Shown in pieces: positions 1 through 9,378 of a stretch of 64,000 nucleotides of DNA. A program made the position numbers and the translations under genes. Origin of the DNA: Desulfobulbaceae bacterium (GTDB taxonomy: Bacteria; Desulfobacterota; Desulfobulbia; Desulfobulbales; SURF-16); assembly GCA_027859235.1 (NCBI GenBank), contig JAQIBE010000263.1, forward strand, positions 3,568 through 67,567. The letters are read 5' to 3'. Under the pieces are notes generated by a model. The model had not been told where the DNA came from and did no database searches. It saw nothing but the letters and a program-made list of their open reading frames with translations. Positions within the stretch are counted from its first letter, which is position 1. Every line of letters begins with the position of its first letter.

Positions 1-5
1 GACGA

Positions 6-1253
6 ATGTGGAGAATGAATATGAATGGTGAAATCCTTGCCATTGGCAATGAACTGACCTCCGGGCGAATTATTAATTCCACCAGCTATTTTGCCGCAAG
101 TCATCTCTTTGCTGCAGGCCATAAGGTTGCAGCCATGGCCACGGTGGGTGATGATCCAAAACATATTGGCGAGGCACTTTTAAAGGCCATTCGTCGCGCT
201 GATTTCGTTGTGGTTACCGGGGGGTTGGGTTCCACCACGGATGATATTACCTCAGAAGCGGTTTCTGATGCCCTGGATCTGCCCCAGACCCTGTATCCTG
301 ACGTTCTTAATCTTATTAAAGAATGTGCGACGTTTCAAGAGATGCCTGCCATGGAAAAGATGGCCTGGCTCCCCTCCGGGGCTGAGGTGTTAAAGCCCGG
401 GGGGAAAATATCAGGGTTTATGCTCGTTTATGCCCAAAAGCCTATCTTTTTTCTGCCTGGTGTTCCTAAGCAGATGCGGGAGCTTATGCTGGATCGGGTT
501 ATCCCGCGGCTTGCCACGTGGCAGGAAAATTCTTTTTCCCTGGTACATCAGAAGCTCTTCAAGGTCTTCGGCCTGGAGGAAGCGGTGATTAATGACCGCC
601 TGGCTCATATAGAGGAAGGGGGTGATCATGTTCTTATCGGTTATTATCCCATGGGAGCTGAGGTGCATGTGAGTTTGACCGTGCGGGGGGAGAGCGCCGG
701 TCAGGCAGACAGCTTGTTTAAAGAAATGGCTGCGAAGATATCCTCTGCCCTTAGTGATGTGATTTATGGATATAATAATGAGACCATGTCTTCGGTGACA
801 GGGGCATTGCTTGCCCAAAAAGGGTTGAGTCTTGGCTGCGCTGAATCGTGCACAGGTGGTTTGATGTCCCATATGGTTACAGGTGTTGCTGGAAGTTCAC
901 AATATTTTCGCGGCGGCGTGGTGGCCTATGCCAATGGGGTGAAGGAGCAGATCCTGGGGGTGTCCAACCAAACATTGACGGGTTCCGGAACCGTGAGTGA
1001 AAAAACAGCCCTGGAAATGGCGCAGGGTGTGCGTGGTGTTACAAATGCCGATATTGGTCTTTCTATAACGGGTGTCGCAGGTCCTGGTGGCGGCACAGAG
1101 GAAAAACCTGTGGGGACAGTCTGCTTTGGCCTGGTATCCGAAACGAAAAGAGCAGGCTACACCTTCCATTTTTCTGGTACACGGGCCATGATCCAGGGGG
1201 CGGCTGCCACCATGGGGCTTGATCTGGTGCGCAGGCATCTCCTCGGCCTGTAG
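6..1253 (+). CDS. cinA: CinA-family protein (MoCF-type N-domain plus PncC-like nicotinamide-nucleotide amidohydrolase C-domain)
   Basis: 415-aa ORF. The N-terminus GEILAIGNELTSGRI and the C-terminal GCAESCTGG ... TGVAGPGGGTEEKPVGTV motifs are typical of CinA. The real start is probably the ATG at 21 (MNGEIL). Confidence 0.85.
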   Translation: MWRMNMNGEILAIGNELTSGRIINSTSYFAASHLFAAGHKVAAMATVGDDPKHIGEALLKAIRRADFVVVTGGLGSTTDDITSEAVSDALDLPQTLYPDVLNLIKECATFQEMPAMEKMAWLPSGAEVLKPGGKISGFMLVYAQKPIFFLPGVPKQMRELMLDRVIPRLATWQENSFSLVHQKLFKVFGLEEAVINDRLAHIEEGGDHVLIGYYPMGAEVHVSLTVRGESAGQADSLFKEMAAKISSALSDVIYGYNNETMSSVTGALLAQKGLSLGCAESCTGGLMSHMVTGVAGSSQYFRGGVVAYANGVKEQILGVSNQTLTGSGTVSEKTALEMAQGVRGVTNADIGLSITGVAGPGGGTEEKPVGTVCFGLVSETKRAGYTFHFSGTRAMIQGAAATMGLDLVRRHLLGL

Positions 1254-1404
1254 CGGCTTTTCCCTGCGTTACTCCATGTTCGTTTTTTATTCTGTTGATC
1301 AGGTCAAAAACATTTTGATTGCAGGGGTGGAAACGGGTATGTTGACGGATTCTTCAGGGGCTTAAGGGTCTCATCATTACCAATTTTACTTAAATGACAT
1401 AGAT

Positions 1405-2262
1405 ATGTATTTTCAAGACATTATATTTGAACTGAATAAATACTGGGCAGAGCAGGGGTGTGTCATTATGCAACCCTACGATATGGAGGTTGGGGCCGGG
1501 ACATTTCACCCTGCAACCTTATTACGTGCCCTTGGGTCTAAACCGTGGAAGGCCGCCTATGTGCAACCTTCCAGGCGGCCAACGGATGGTCGCTATGGCG
1601 AAAATCCCAACCGTTTGCAGCATTATTACCAGTACCAGGTGGTCATGAAGCCGTCGCCGGCCAATCCCCAGGAGTTGTATCTTGGAAGCCTGGAACGTTT
1701 CAACCTTGACCTCCTCAGCCATGATATCCGTTTTGTTGAGGATGACTGGGAATCACCCACCCTGGGTGCCAGTGGACTTGGCTGGGAGGTGTGGCTAGAT
1801 GGCATGGAGATAACCCAGTTTACCTATTTTCAGATGGCAGGTTCCCAGGAATTAAAGCCCGTAACCGTGGAGATCACCTATGGCCTTGAACGTATTGCCA
1901 TGTATCTGCAGGGGGTGAATTCAGTCTATGATCTTGACTGGAATGAAAACACAAAATATGGCGAAATCTTTCTGGAGAATGAAAAACAATTTTCTGCCTT
2001 CAATTTTGAATATGCCAATGTGGAATTTTTGAGTGGTTACTTTGACTCCTGTGAAGCCGAGGCCCATAAACTGGTGGGGGTGGGTCTTCCTTTGCCCGCC
2101 TATGACTATTGCTTGAAATGTTCCCATACCTTTAACCTGCTGGATGCCAGAAAGGCCATATCCGTAGCTGAACGGACCCGTTATATTGGCCGTATCCGTG
2201 CCATTGCCCGTAATGTGGCTGATGCTATGGTGGCTAAGGAAAAGGAAGTGGAAGAGAGGTGA
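1405..2262 (+). CDS. glyQ: glycine--tRNA ligase alpha subunit
   Basis: 285 aa. [38 protein letters not shown] and the rest are near-invariant GlyQ sequence. The stop is TGA. No glyS follows it. Confidence 0.97.
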   Translation: MYFQDIIFELNKYWAEQGCVIMQPYDMEVGAGTFHPATLLRALGSKPWKAAYVQPSRRPTDGRYGENPNRLQHYYQYQVVMKPSPANPQELYLGSLERFNLDLLSHDIRFVEDDWESPTLGASGLGWEVWLDGMEITQFTYFQMAGSQELKPVTVEITYGLERIAMYLQGVNSVYDLDWNENTKYGEIFLENEKQFSAFNFEYANVEFLSGYFDSCEAEAHKLVGVGLPLPAYDYCLKCSHTFNLLDARKAISVAERTRYIGRIRAIARNVADAMVAKEKEVEER

Positions 2263-2271
2263 CAGCCGAAA

Positions 2272-2369
2272 TGGCGGAAGTGCATGGGAATCGAACCCAC
2301 CTACCAGGCTATTAACCCAGTACATCAGATTTGAAATCTGAGAGGGCCACCAGTGCCCTTACCACTTCC
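2272..2369 (-). tRNA. selC: tRNA-Sec (anticodon UCA)
   Basis: Reverse complement reads GGAAGTGG..CAGA-TTTCAAA-TCTG..long extra arm..GGGTTCGATTCCC..CACTTCCGCCA. It is 98 nt with a UCA anticodon, a long variable arm, G73 and an encoded CCA. Confidence 0.9.
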
Positions 2370-2550
2370 GTGTGTGCTTGTTGAGGTGAGTAAGATAGTT
2401 TTTATTCCGCTGGGAAGCAACTTTTTTTTAGGATTTGCAGCGAAACTCCGTGAATTTTCATTATGGATGCTGTAAGTAGATGCGCTAGTGTTATTTTTGG
2501 CTATAGATTGTATGTAAAATAAGAACAAATTCGGGTGCGTAGAGTCAGTT

Positions 2551-3054
2551 ATGGAATGTAAACGTTTAAATAGAATGATTCGTGATTGGTATGTGCAGGT
2601 GCAGGATGAAACATTGGCACCGGCTCGAATGGTTGAATTTATGCAGGATCATGCTGCTACCTGTGATACCTGTTTTGTTGATCCCAATATTGATGAGGAA
2701 ATTAAGAAGATCATCGCCATTGTCCTGCCGCCATCGAAGATGACGAAGAAGCCTAAGAAGAAGATCGCATCCTTAGAGCCGACGGCAGCAGCCCTTGCAG
2801 CTATTGAAGCTGGAAAAGATGCTGCCGTTAAATCTGATGCTGACGATGATGCTGACGATGATGATGAAATTGAAGTCGGCGATGATGACGACGACGATGA
2901 TGATAAAAGCAAAGTCGGCGATGATGACGATGACGATGATAAAAGCGAAGTTGGCGATGCTGACGACGATGATGATAAAATCAAAGTTGGCAAGGCCGAT
3001 AGTGATAGTGATACCCCGGATGTCCCTTCCTTAGAGGATGCCGATCTGAAATAG
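2551..3054 (+). CDS. hypothetical protein: N-terminal zf-HC2-like (anti-sigma-type) Cys/His motif plus poly-Asp acidic repeat tail
   Basis: 167 aa. C3...H34-x3-C38-x2-C41 (HAATCDTC) resembles the zf-HC2 pattern. The C-terminal half is runs of D interrupted by KSKVG/KSEVG/KIKVG. Confidence 0.6.
   Translation: MECKRLNRMIRDWYVQVQDETLAPARMVEFMQDHAATCDTCFVDPNIDEEIKKIIAIVLPPSKMTKKPKKKIASLEPTAAALAAIEAGKDAAVKSDADDDADDDDEIEVGDDDDDDDDKSKVGDDDDDDDKSEVGDADDDDDKIKVGKADSDSDTPDVPSLEDADLK
2881..2991 (+). repeat. three tandem 36-39 nt coding repeats (poly-GAT/GAC + AAAAGCNAAGTNGGC)
   Basis: Units at 2881-2919, 2920-2955 and 2956-2991 encode DDDDDDDDKSKVG / DDDDDDDKSEVG / DADDDDDKIKVG. Confidence 0.85.
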
Positions 3055-3121
3055 CATTGCAGTTGTCTTGTATAACAGAAACAGGGTTGCAAAATTTAAT
3101 TTTTGCAATCCTGTTTTGCGT

Positions 3122-6100
3122 TTACATGGGGAGGATATGCACTTCTTCCTTAAATGGATGTCTGCCTTTAATAAATAAGCCTTTTCTGCCGTCGATTGAG
3201 ATCCAGTCGCCAAAACGAATGGTATGTTCGTTGATATGACATTCCTGTTCTGCTTCAAAGACCTTCATGGAGCGGCACCCCACTACACAGGTTTTCTGCA
3301 AACGCAGGGCGATGACTGAGGCATGGGAGGTTTGGCCGCCCCGTGCAGTGAGTAACCCGTCCGCTGTTGAAATCTCCTTGATATCTTCCGGTACGGTGTC
3401 CTGGCGAATAAGGATGAGTGGTGTGTCCGGTTCTTTGGCCCGTAATTCAAGAATATTGTCAGCCGTAAAGACAGCTCGACCTGAAAGAGCTGACCCCCCC
3501 ACACCAATACCCTTCCCTAATATATTCTTGGAAAAATTACCATTGTCGAGGAACACATTGAACTGTTCCCGCTTCTTAATGGTAATCATATCCCGTGTCT
3601 GCAGGATATGCAGATCATCCTTTGCCAACCCCTCAAAGGTGAATTCAATCTCCTGGGGGTTCCATTGTTTTTCATACACGAGGTTTCTGGCAATTACCAG
3701 AAGCTCTTCGTACACGGCCGGGGCCTTGATTTCGAGACTGGACTCAATGGGCCTCCCATCAAGCCCGGCCTGTTCTGCTGAAATGGGATTGGTGCTCACA
3801 AGGCCGCTGACAATATCTTCGCCCTGATCACCATTGGCGTAATCACCCCATAATGCCACCCGTCGTACCTGGCGATAGGGGTGGGCGGTGAAGACAACGC
3901 CGCTGCCTGAATCCTGACTCGTGTTGCCGTACACCATGGACTGAACAATGACAGCGGTTCCCCAATAATCAGAGACCCCCATGAGATTACGGTAATCCTT
4001 TGTCTTTGTCTGGTCCCATGATGAGAAAACCATAGCAATGGATGCAAGGAGTTGGATCCATGGGTCATCAGGGATACCGATGCCTAAGCTACGTATCTTC
4101 TGTTGATAGGACAGGGCCAGTTCTTCCATTTGCTTGGGGGTGAATTGTGCCTTCCTGGAGATACCGTATTTGTCTTTGGCCTTATTCATCAGGGCTTGGA
4201 ACTCTTCACGGTCAATGTTGCAGCACATGGCCCACGATTGGAGAAAGCGCCGGTAATTATCCCAGGCCAGAAACTGTTGGTCTTTTGTCCGGGCCATGGC
4301 CCGGACAATCTCTTCGTTTAAGCCGATATTATGGATGGTGGCCATCATGCCCGGCATGGAAATGGACGCCCCGCTGCGCACTGAAACGAAGAGCGGGTTG
4401 GTGGTGCTGCCGTATTTTTTGCCGCTCTCTTCTTCCAGTTGCGTCAGGGCCTCTCTGATGCGGTGGATGTAATCTGCCTTGGCCTGGGGGAAGGCTTGAA
4501 TAACCGACCAGCAGCGAAAGACCTCTGTGGTAATAACAAAGCCCGGGGGAACAGGTTTGTTGTCCCCCTTGAGCAGGGTGAGGTTGAACCCCTTGTTGCC
4601 GAGGAGAACCAGGTTTTTGGCGGTGGCGTTGGTCTGACCCAGGTGATGGAGGATTTTATCCGTATTATAGGTCATGAGCAGGTCGAGCTGCTCTTCGGAA
4701 AGGCGTTCCCGCTGGCGTACCAGGGTCTGGTAGACATTGGTGATGAAGTTGTCGAGATGCTGCAACCCAAAGGTGGTGGCGATGAGGTCACGCATGAACG
4801 CCTCTGAGAGCTGAAGAATATTATTCGGTTCGCTGGTGTCCTCGCTTGGCTTGAGCATATTGCGATATTTTGCCAGGAGGCTGGGGCTGCTTATCTGGGG
4901 GATGATAATAGAGAGATTGTTTTGGTGAATATTGGTGTAATTGGCGTAAATGACATCCTTCACCCCTTCGGAAAGGCCCTTGAAGATATCCAGGTATTGG
5001 GTGTAGGAGAATCGTTCAAGTCCCAGGGAGTTTGACAGGAGTGAGACATAGGTCTCCAGTTTACGGCTGGTGATGCCGTCGATACGCAGGGCGCGGATGT
5101 ATAGCCGCAGACATTTCACCACGCGGATAAATGTGGCCTTGGTAATGAAGTGGGACGGGATCATATCCGGCATTTTTTCCAGATAGATATTGGCGAGATT
5201 TTCCAGCCGGAAGGTCAGACTCAGCGCATCAAATTTTTTCTCCCGATATCTGCCGTAGACAGAGGGGATATCCACCGCAATATGCCGTTTATGAAAGATG
5301 TCTTCCCGGGCTGTAAAGATCTCCTCGCTGAGGATGATGGCTTTAAGCTTTTCAAGATGGACAAGGAGGGAGTTCAAACATTGGAAGTTGTCGCACAGGA
5401 CTAGATCTTCCAGCAACGGCTGCAGCTCAGGGAAACCCGTTGCCACTGCTTCTTGAAGTTGCTGCCGGATTTCCTGAAAGCCGAGGTTATATTTTTGATC
5501 CAGTAGTTTATACATCTCAACCAGGAGGCTAAAGCGGTTGCGCTCACCTTCATTGAGGTCCACCTGCAGGTTGAGGAACTTCTGCAGCCGTTGCTGGTCA
5601 ATGAGGAGCAGATCCTCTTCTCTTTTCACCTTGGAGAGCTGAAAGATCCGTTTGGTGAGGAGATGGAGATGGTCAACAAAGGGCCCCGATGTAGAGATCT
5701 GGGCCATGATTTCTGCGGGGAGGTACTCCTGCAGGTGGGATTTGTCCAGGGTATGCCAGAAACGGACAATTCCACGGATGAAGTCGACAATGAGGTTCGA
5801 GCTTTCCACATGGGACTGCTTGCGCAGGAAATGGATGAGAATGTCCTTACGCTTATGGATCTCGTCAATTTCGGTTGAGACATCACGCAACTTTCCCTCT
5901 GCGCCAATTTCATTAAAGAACACCGGCATGAGTTTGGTGAATTGTTTCACCAGGTTATACACCGGTTCAATGGGATAGTTGAGCAGACCCGTGATGTCAC
6001 GCTGGAAAAGGTCGGTATCCTTGACGCAGGTGCCGGTGAATTTGATATTGATGATGAGGGCGGAAAAGAGGGTGGCGCACCATTTCGGCTCCTGACCGAT

Positions 6101-7354
6101 GAGATGGAGCCACGCCCGGACATTGGTCAGGTGAGCGGGGTTGGTGATGGGCTGCCACTCTTCATCCACCCCGGCAACATTGGCGTATTGAAAACCGAAG
6201 CGCACCGCCTCCCAGAGGAATGTTTCGGCAAGTCTCGATGAGCCACGGGTGAACACCTCGGAGCCCAGCACCTGAATGCATTGCAACGAGGTGTGTGGGT
6301 ACCGTTTCACATTATCCTTCAGCAGCTGCATGGTGGTGAGGAGAAAGGATTCAATCTCCTCGTAGGGCTGTTTATGAATCAGGCTCACAAGGGAGCGGTT
6401 GATCTCGCGCAGTGATTCCTCATGAATGAGGTACAGCCCTGATGTGTCCATGATCCGAAACAGGAATATCAGCTTGCGGGTTTCCACATAGCGGTCATCC
6501 TTAGCCTTATCTGGATCAAGGGTTGTCATGAGCTGGGAGGGGATATCCTTATAAAAGCGGACGATATCCATGTGGGACGGGAGCTCCAGCAAGGTCTGGA
6601 GAGAATCTTTTCCCTTGATTGTAATGGTTCTGGCACAATCCAGATGGGCCGCGATCTGCTCGTGAGAAATCGCTGAAAACCGTGAGCCTGCCTGCCAATC
6701 CGTGCAGCGGGTTCCGCATTCCTTTTGAAACCACGGCAGGGGATCTTCTTCGCCGAGCCAATAGGTGTAATTTAAGACGAGTACTCTTTGGAAGAGACTT
6801 GTACAGGATCTTAGGTCAAAGTCCGGGTTGTTTTCGCTGTAGCGCAGTAAGGTCTGCGCCATTTTTTTCATGGGGTGATGCCCCTGGACCATGAACATCA
6901 TGGCTGCATCGTCAAGGGTTTCCATGGCCTTGAAGAATTGATCCACTGGTCTCTGGAAGTCCAGCAGACGATTTTCCACCATGGACAGGAACTTCTGCAC
7001 GTAGGCCAGTAATGACTCCATTCCCAGCCCCACGAGCTGATCATTCTTCTGCACCTCGGAGATGGCCTGGAGGAATATGCCGGTGAAAAGAGTGAAACTC
7101 TCGGCAACATTATCATGTTTTGCGTAGATTGGACTGTTTTTCAGAACAAAGGTGCGAAGTTTGGGGAGGAGTAAGGTCCAGTTGCGGAACGGGTGACATA
7201 TCTCCAGGAGCAGGTCTTCAATATTACGGTGGATGCCGCGGTAGTCGGCAACCATCTCGCAGAGGGGGATGAGTTCAGGTGTAATAACAACCTCGTCAAC
7301 GGCTGTTTCCTGAAGGTTTGCCTTGAGGGCGTTGGATGTGTGTTCTGTGGGCAT
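3122..7354 (-). CDS. PEP/pyruvate-binding (PPDK_N ATP-grasp) plus phosphohistidine swivel-domain protein with an N-terminal extension of about 870 aa of unknown function
   Basis: 1410 aa. LGNKGFNLTLLKG..PVPPGFVITTEVF matches PPDK_N. The C-terminal TARGGQTSHASVIALRLQKTCVVG matches the PEP-utilizer mobile His domain. The ORF ends directly after it, so there is no TIM-barrel PEP-utilizers_C region. Confidence 0.8.
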   Translation of the reverse strand: MPTEHTSNALKANLQETAVDEVVITPELIPLCEMVADYRGIHRNIEDLLLEICHPFRNWTLLLPKLRTFVLKNSPIYAKHDNVAESFTLFTGIFLQAISEVQKNDQLVGLGMESLLAYVQKFLSMVENRLLDFQRPVDQFFKAMETLDDAAMMFMVQGHHPMKKMAQTLLRYSENNPDFDLRSCTSLFQRVLVLNYTYWLGEEDPLPWFQKECGTRCTDWQAGSRFSAISHEQIAAHLDCARTITIKGKDSLQTLLELPSHMDIVRFYKDIPSQLMTTLDPDKAKDDRYVETRKLIFLFRIMDTSGLYLIHEESLREINRSLVSLIHKQPYEEIESFLLTTMQLLKDNVKRYPHTSLQCIQVLGSEVFTRGSSRLAETFLWEAVRFGFQYANVAGVDEEWQPITNPAHLTNVRAWLHLIGQEPKWCATLFSALIINIKFTGTCVKDTDLFQRDITGLLNYPIEPVYNLVKQFTKLMPVFFNEIGAEGKLRDVSTEIDEIHKRKDILIHFLRKQSHVESSNLIVDFIRGIVRFWHTLDKSHLQEYLPAEIMAQISTSGPFVDHLHLLTKRIFQLSKVKREEDLLLIDQQRLQKFLNLQVDLNEGERNRFSLLVEMYKLLDQKYNLGFQEIRQQLQEAVATGFPELQPLLEDLVLCDNFQCLNSLLVHLEKLKAIILSEEIFTAREDIFHKRHIAVDIPSVYGRYREKKFDALSLTFRLENLANIYLEKMPDMIPSHFITKATFIRVVKCLRLYIRALRIDGITSRKLETYVSLLSNSLGLERFSYTQYLDIFKGLSEGVKDVIYANYTNIHQNNLSIIIPQISSPSLLAKYRNMLKPSEDTSEPNNILQLSEAFMRDLIATTFGLQHLDNFITNVYQTLVRQRERLSEEQLDLLMTYNTDKILHHLGQTNATAKNLVLLGNKGFNLTLLKGDNKPVPPGFVITTEVFRCWSVIQAFPQAKADYIHRIREALTQLEEESGKKYGSTTNPLFVSVRSGASISMPGMMATIHNIGLNEEIVRAMARTKDQQFLAWDNYRRFLQSWAMCCNIDREEFQALMNKAKDKYGISRKAQFTPKQMEELALSYQQKIRSLGIGIPDDPWIQLLASIAMVFSSWDQTKTKDYRNLMGVSDYWGTAVIVQSMVYGNTSQDSGSGVVFTAHPYRQVRRVALWGDYANGDQGEDIVSGLVSTNPISAEQAGLDGRPIESSLEIKAPAVYEELLVIARNLVYEKQWNPQEIEFTFEGLAKDDLHILQTRDMITIKKREQFNVFLDNGNFSKNILGKGIGVGGSALSGRAVFTADNILELRAKEPDTPLILIRQDTVPEDIKEISTADGLLTARGGQTSHASVIALRLQKTCVVGCRSMKVFEAEQECHINEHTIRFGDWISIDGRKGLFIKGRHPFKEEVHILPM

Positions 7355-7451
7355 GGCTTAATGAAAGGTAAAAGGTGAAAGGTGAGGGGTGAGGGGGGTG
7401 GGGAGGAGTGGAGTGCGAAATCTCCTCCCTCCTCACTCTTAACACCTGACG

Positions 7452-8456
7452 TTAAAGGATCTTCTGACGTTCCATGAGCAGGATCAGGTCAAGCACGCGG
7501 TTGGAATAGCCCCACTCGTTGTCATACCAGGAAAGTATTTTGACCATATTGCCGATGACCTTGGTGGATTGGCCGTCAACCACAGAAGAATGCGGATTGC
7601 CCTTATAGTCGATGGATACCAGCGGTTCATCTGAATAGCCGAGATAACGGTTTGCTGCCTCCTTCAGGGCCGCATTTACTTCAGGTACGGTGGTTTCTTT
7701 TTCCACCTCTATGACCGCATCCACCAGGGATACATTGGGGGTTGGGACCCGTATCGCCAGCCCGTCAAACTTTCCTTTTAATTCGGGAAGAACCAGGGAT
7801 ACGGCGGCGGCTGCCCCGGTGTTGGTTGGAATCATAGACATGGCCGCGGCTCTGGCGCGGCGCAGGTCGCCATGGGGGAAATCCAGCAGACGCTGATCGC
7901 CTGTGTAGGCATGCACCGTGGTCATGAGTCCTTTTTTGATGCCGAATTTGTCGAGAATGACCTTGGCAAAAGGCGCCAGACAGTTGGTGGTGCACGAGGC
8001 ATTGGAAACAATATGATCGGTGGCAGGATCATACTCATGGTCATTGACACCCATGACAATGGTGCGCAGATTCCCCTTGGCGGGTGCGGAGATAATGACC
8101 TTCTGGGCGCCTCCATCCAGATGGGCCCCGGCTTTTTCGTCGGTGCAGAAGAGCCCTGTGGATTCAACAACGTAATCCGCGCCACCAGTGGACCATGGTA
8201 TGTCCGATGGGCTGCGGTGGTTGGTGATCATGATCTCCCGGCCGTCAACCATGATGCCTTTCTCGGTGGCGGCCACCTCCCTATTATAGACCCCCATGAT
8301 CGAATCATATTTAAGGAGGTGGGCTGTGGTTTTATTATCTGTGAGATCATTGATTGCCACAATCTCAATGTCTTTAAAGAGCGGGTCAAGATCAATAGCC
8401 CGAAAAATATTACGTCCGATACGGCCAAAACCGTTAATCCCAACTTTGATAGTCAT
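7452..8456 (-). CDS. gap: type I glyceraldehyde-3-phosphate dehydrogenase
   Basis: 334 aa with MTIKVGINGFGRIGRNIFRA, the active-site SNASCTTNCLAP and WYDNEWGYSNRV. Confidence 0.97.
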   Translation of the reverse strand: MTIKVGINGFGRIGRNIFRAIDLDPLFKDIEIVAINDLTDNKTTAHLLKYDSIMGVYNREVAATEKGIMVDGREIMITNHRSPSDIPWSTGGADYVVESTGLFCTDEKAGAHLDGGAQKVIISAPAKGNLRTIVMGVNDHEYDPATDHIVSNASCTTNCLAPFAKVILDKFGIKKGLMTTVHAYTGDQRLLDFPHGDLRRARAAAMSMIPTNTGAAAAVSLVLPELKGKFDGLAIRVPTPNVSLVDAVIEVEKETTVPEVNAALKEAANRYLGYSDEPLVSIDYKGNPHSSVVDGQSTKVIGNMVKILSWYDNEWGYSNRVLDLILLMERQKIL

Positions 8457-8620
8457 GGTGGATCTCCTGCTTTTTTTAAGATGAAGATTGCAAGTTAAAA
8501 CTGCGGTGCTGGAGGTGCGAGGGGGTGAGCCTCCAGCGCCTTACCTGGGTTTGTCTGCTGTGATAAAAAAAGTTTATCACACCTGTTTTAGGATCGCGTC
8601 ATAGTTTGCAAAAAAAAAGA

Positions 8621-9346
8621 CTAGTTTTTCAGGTGATCCCGGTCGCGCAGCATGGCGCGGATGATATAGGTTTGCCGCCTGGGTTCGGAAAGATCAGGGT
8701 TGATGGCAAGGGACTCTTCGTAGGCCTTGAGAGATTCTGGCAGCCACTGGCCCATGAAATAACTCTTTCCGGCCTGGACATAGCCAGCCTCTGGTTGATA
8801 GGGGAACATATGGCTGAATAGTTCCAGGGTTGATTTGCCCCATAAGGACTGTCCCAGTTCTTCTTCAATGAGAAGACGCAGGAGGAGGTCATTGCCCGTT
8901 TGCTCCGCAAGCATGAGGTATAGCAGCTCGTTGGCCTTGGCAAAGAGAAGGGACAGGGTTGCAGCCTGTTGGTGTATCTCCTCAATGGTTGTGTCAATGA
9001 AACCGGTCTGGCTGGTGTCAGCTGGTTCTGCGGTCAGGGTTCCCGTGTGAAACCGCACCATATTGATGTTTGCCTGCAGCTTTATTGCGGCATGGAAGAG
9101 CGCTTGCACACTCCAGTTGAGGCGCTGGCTATGTGGTTCAGCGAAGCTGTTTTCGCTCCAAAGACTATGGCTGAGATCGTTGAGTTGGTGGAGGGACTCT
9201 GGTCCCACGGGGAGATCCATGGTTGGTATTTTGGTCCCCCTGTTGTGGAGGAACTCCTCGTGTTGGTCTGCAAACTCTGTGTAATTCGTGCAGAAAAGGG
9301 CGTAAAATTTGCGGATGAAATAATTGCGCCGTCTGGAAAGCCACAT
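8621..9346 (-). CDS. hypothetical protein (possible TPR-like C-terminus)
   Basis: The track ORF 8621..9439 overlaps the glgA 3' end by 61 nt. An internal ATG at 9346 (MWLSRRRNYF) removes the overlap. I recognise no family motif. Confidence 0.5.
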   Translation of the reverse strand: MWLSRRRNYFIRKFYALFCTNYTEFADQHEEFLHNRGTKIPTMDLPVGPESLHQLNDLSHSLWSENSFAEPHSQRLNWSVQALFHAAIKLQANINMVRFHTGTLTAEPADTSQTGFIDTTIEEIHQQAATLSLLFAKANELLYLMLAEQTGNDLLLRLLIEEELGQSLWGKSTLELFSHMFPYQPEAGYVQAGKSYFMGQWLPESLKAYEESLAINPDLSEPRRQTYIIRAMLRDRDHLKN

Positions 9347-9378
9347 GTTGGCCGGCAGCTTATCTGGGCCGGTGAAGG

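Noticed and set aside
411-1238. Antisense and out-of-frame ORFs inside housekeeping genes, for example 411..872 and 897..1238 on the minus strand, 7872..8498 on the plus strand, 11100..11639 on the plus strand, and 21366..22046 on the minus strand.
   Set aside because: Each is fully nested in a confidently identified gene (cinA, gap, aroC, hydantoinase). The translations are biased and have no motifs.
7375-7445. A G-rich repeat, GGTGAAAGGTGAGGGGTGAGGGGGGTGGGGAGGAG, between gap and the PPDK-like gene, considered as a possible G-quadruplex or repeat element.
   Set aside because: On the minus strand it pairs with CTCCTCCCTCCTCAC to form the hairpin expected for the gap terminator, which is a sufficient explanation.
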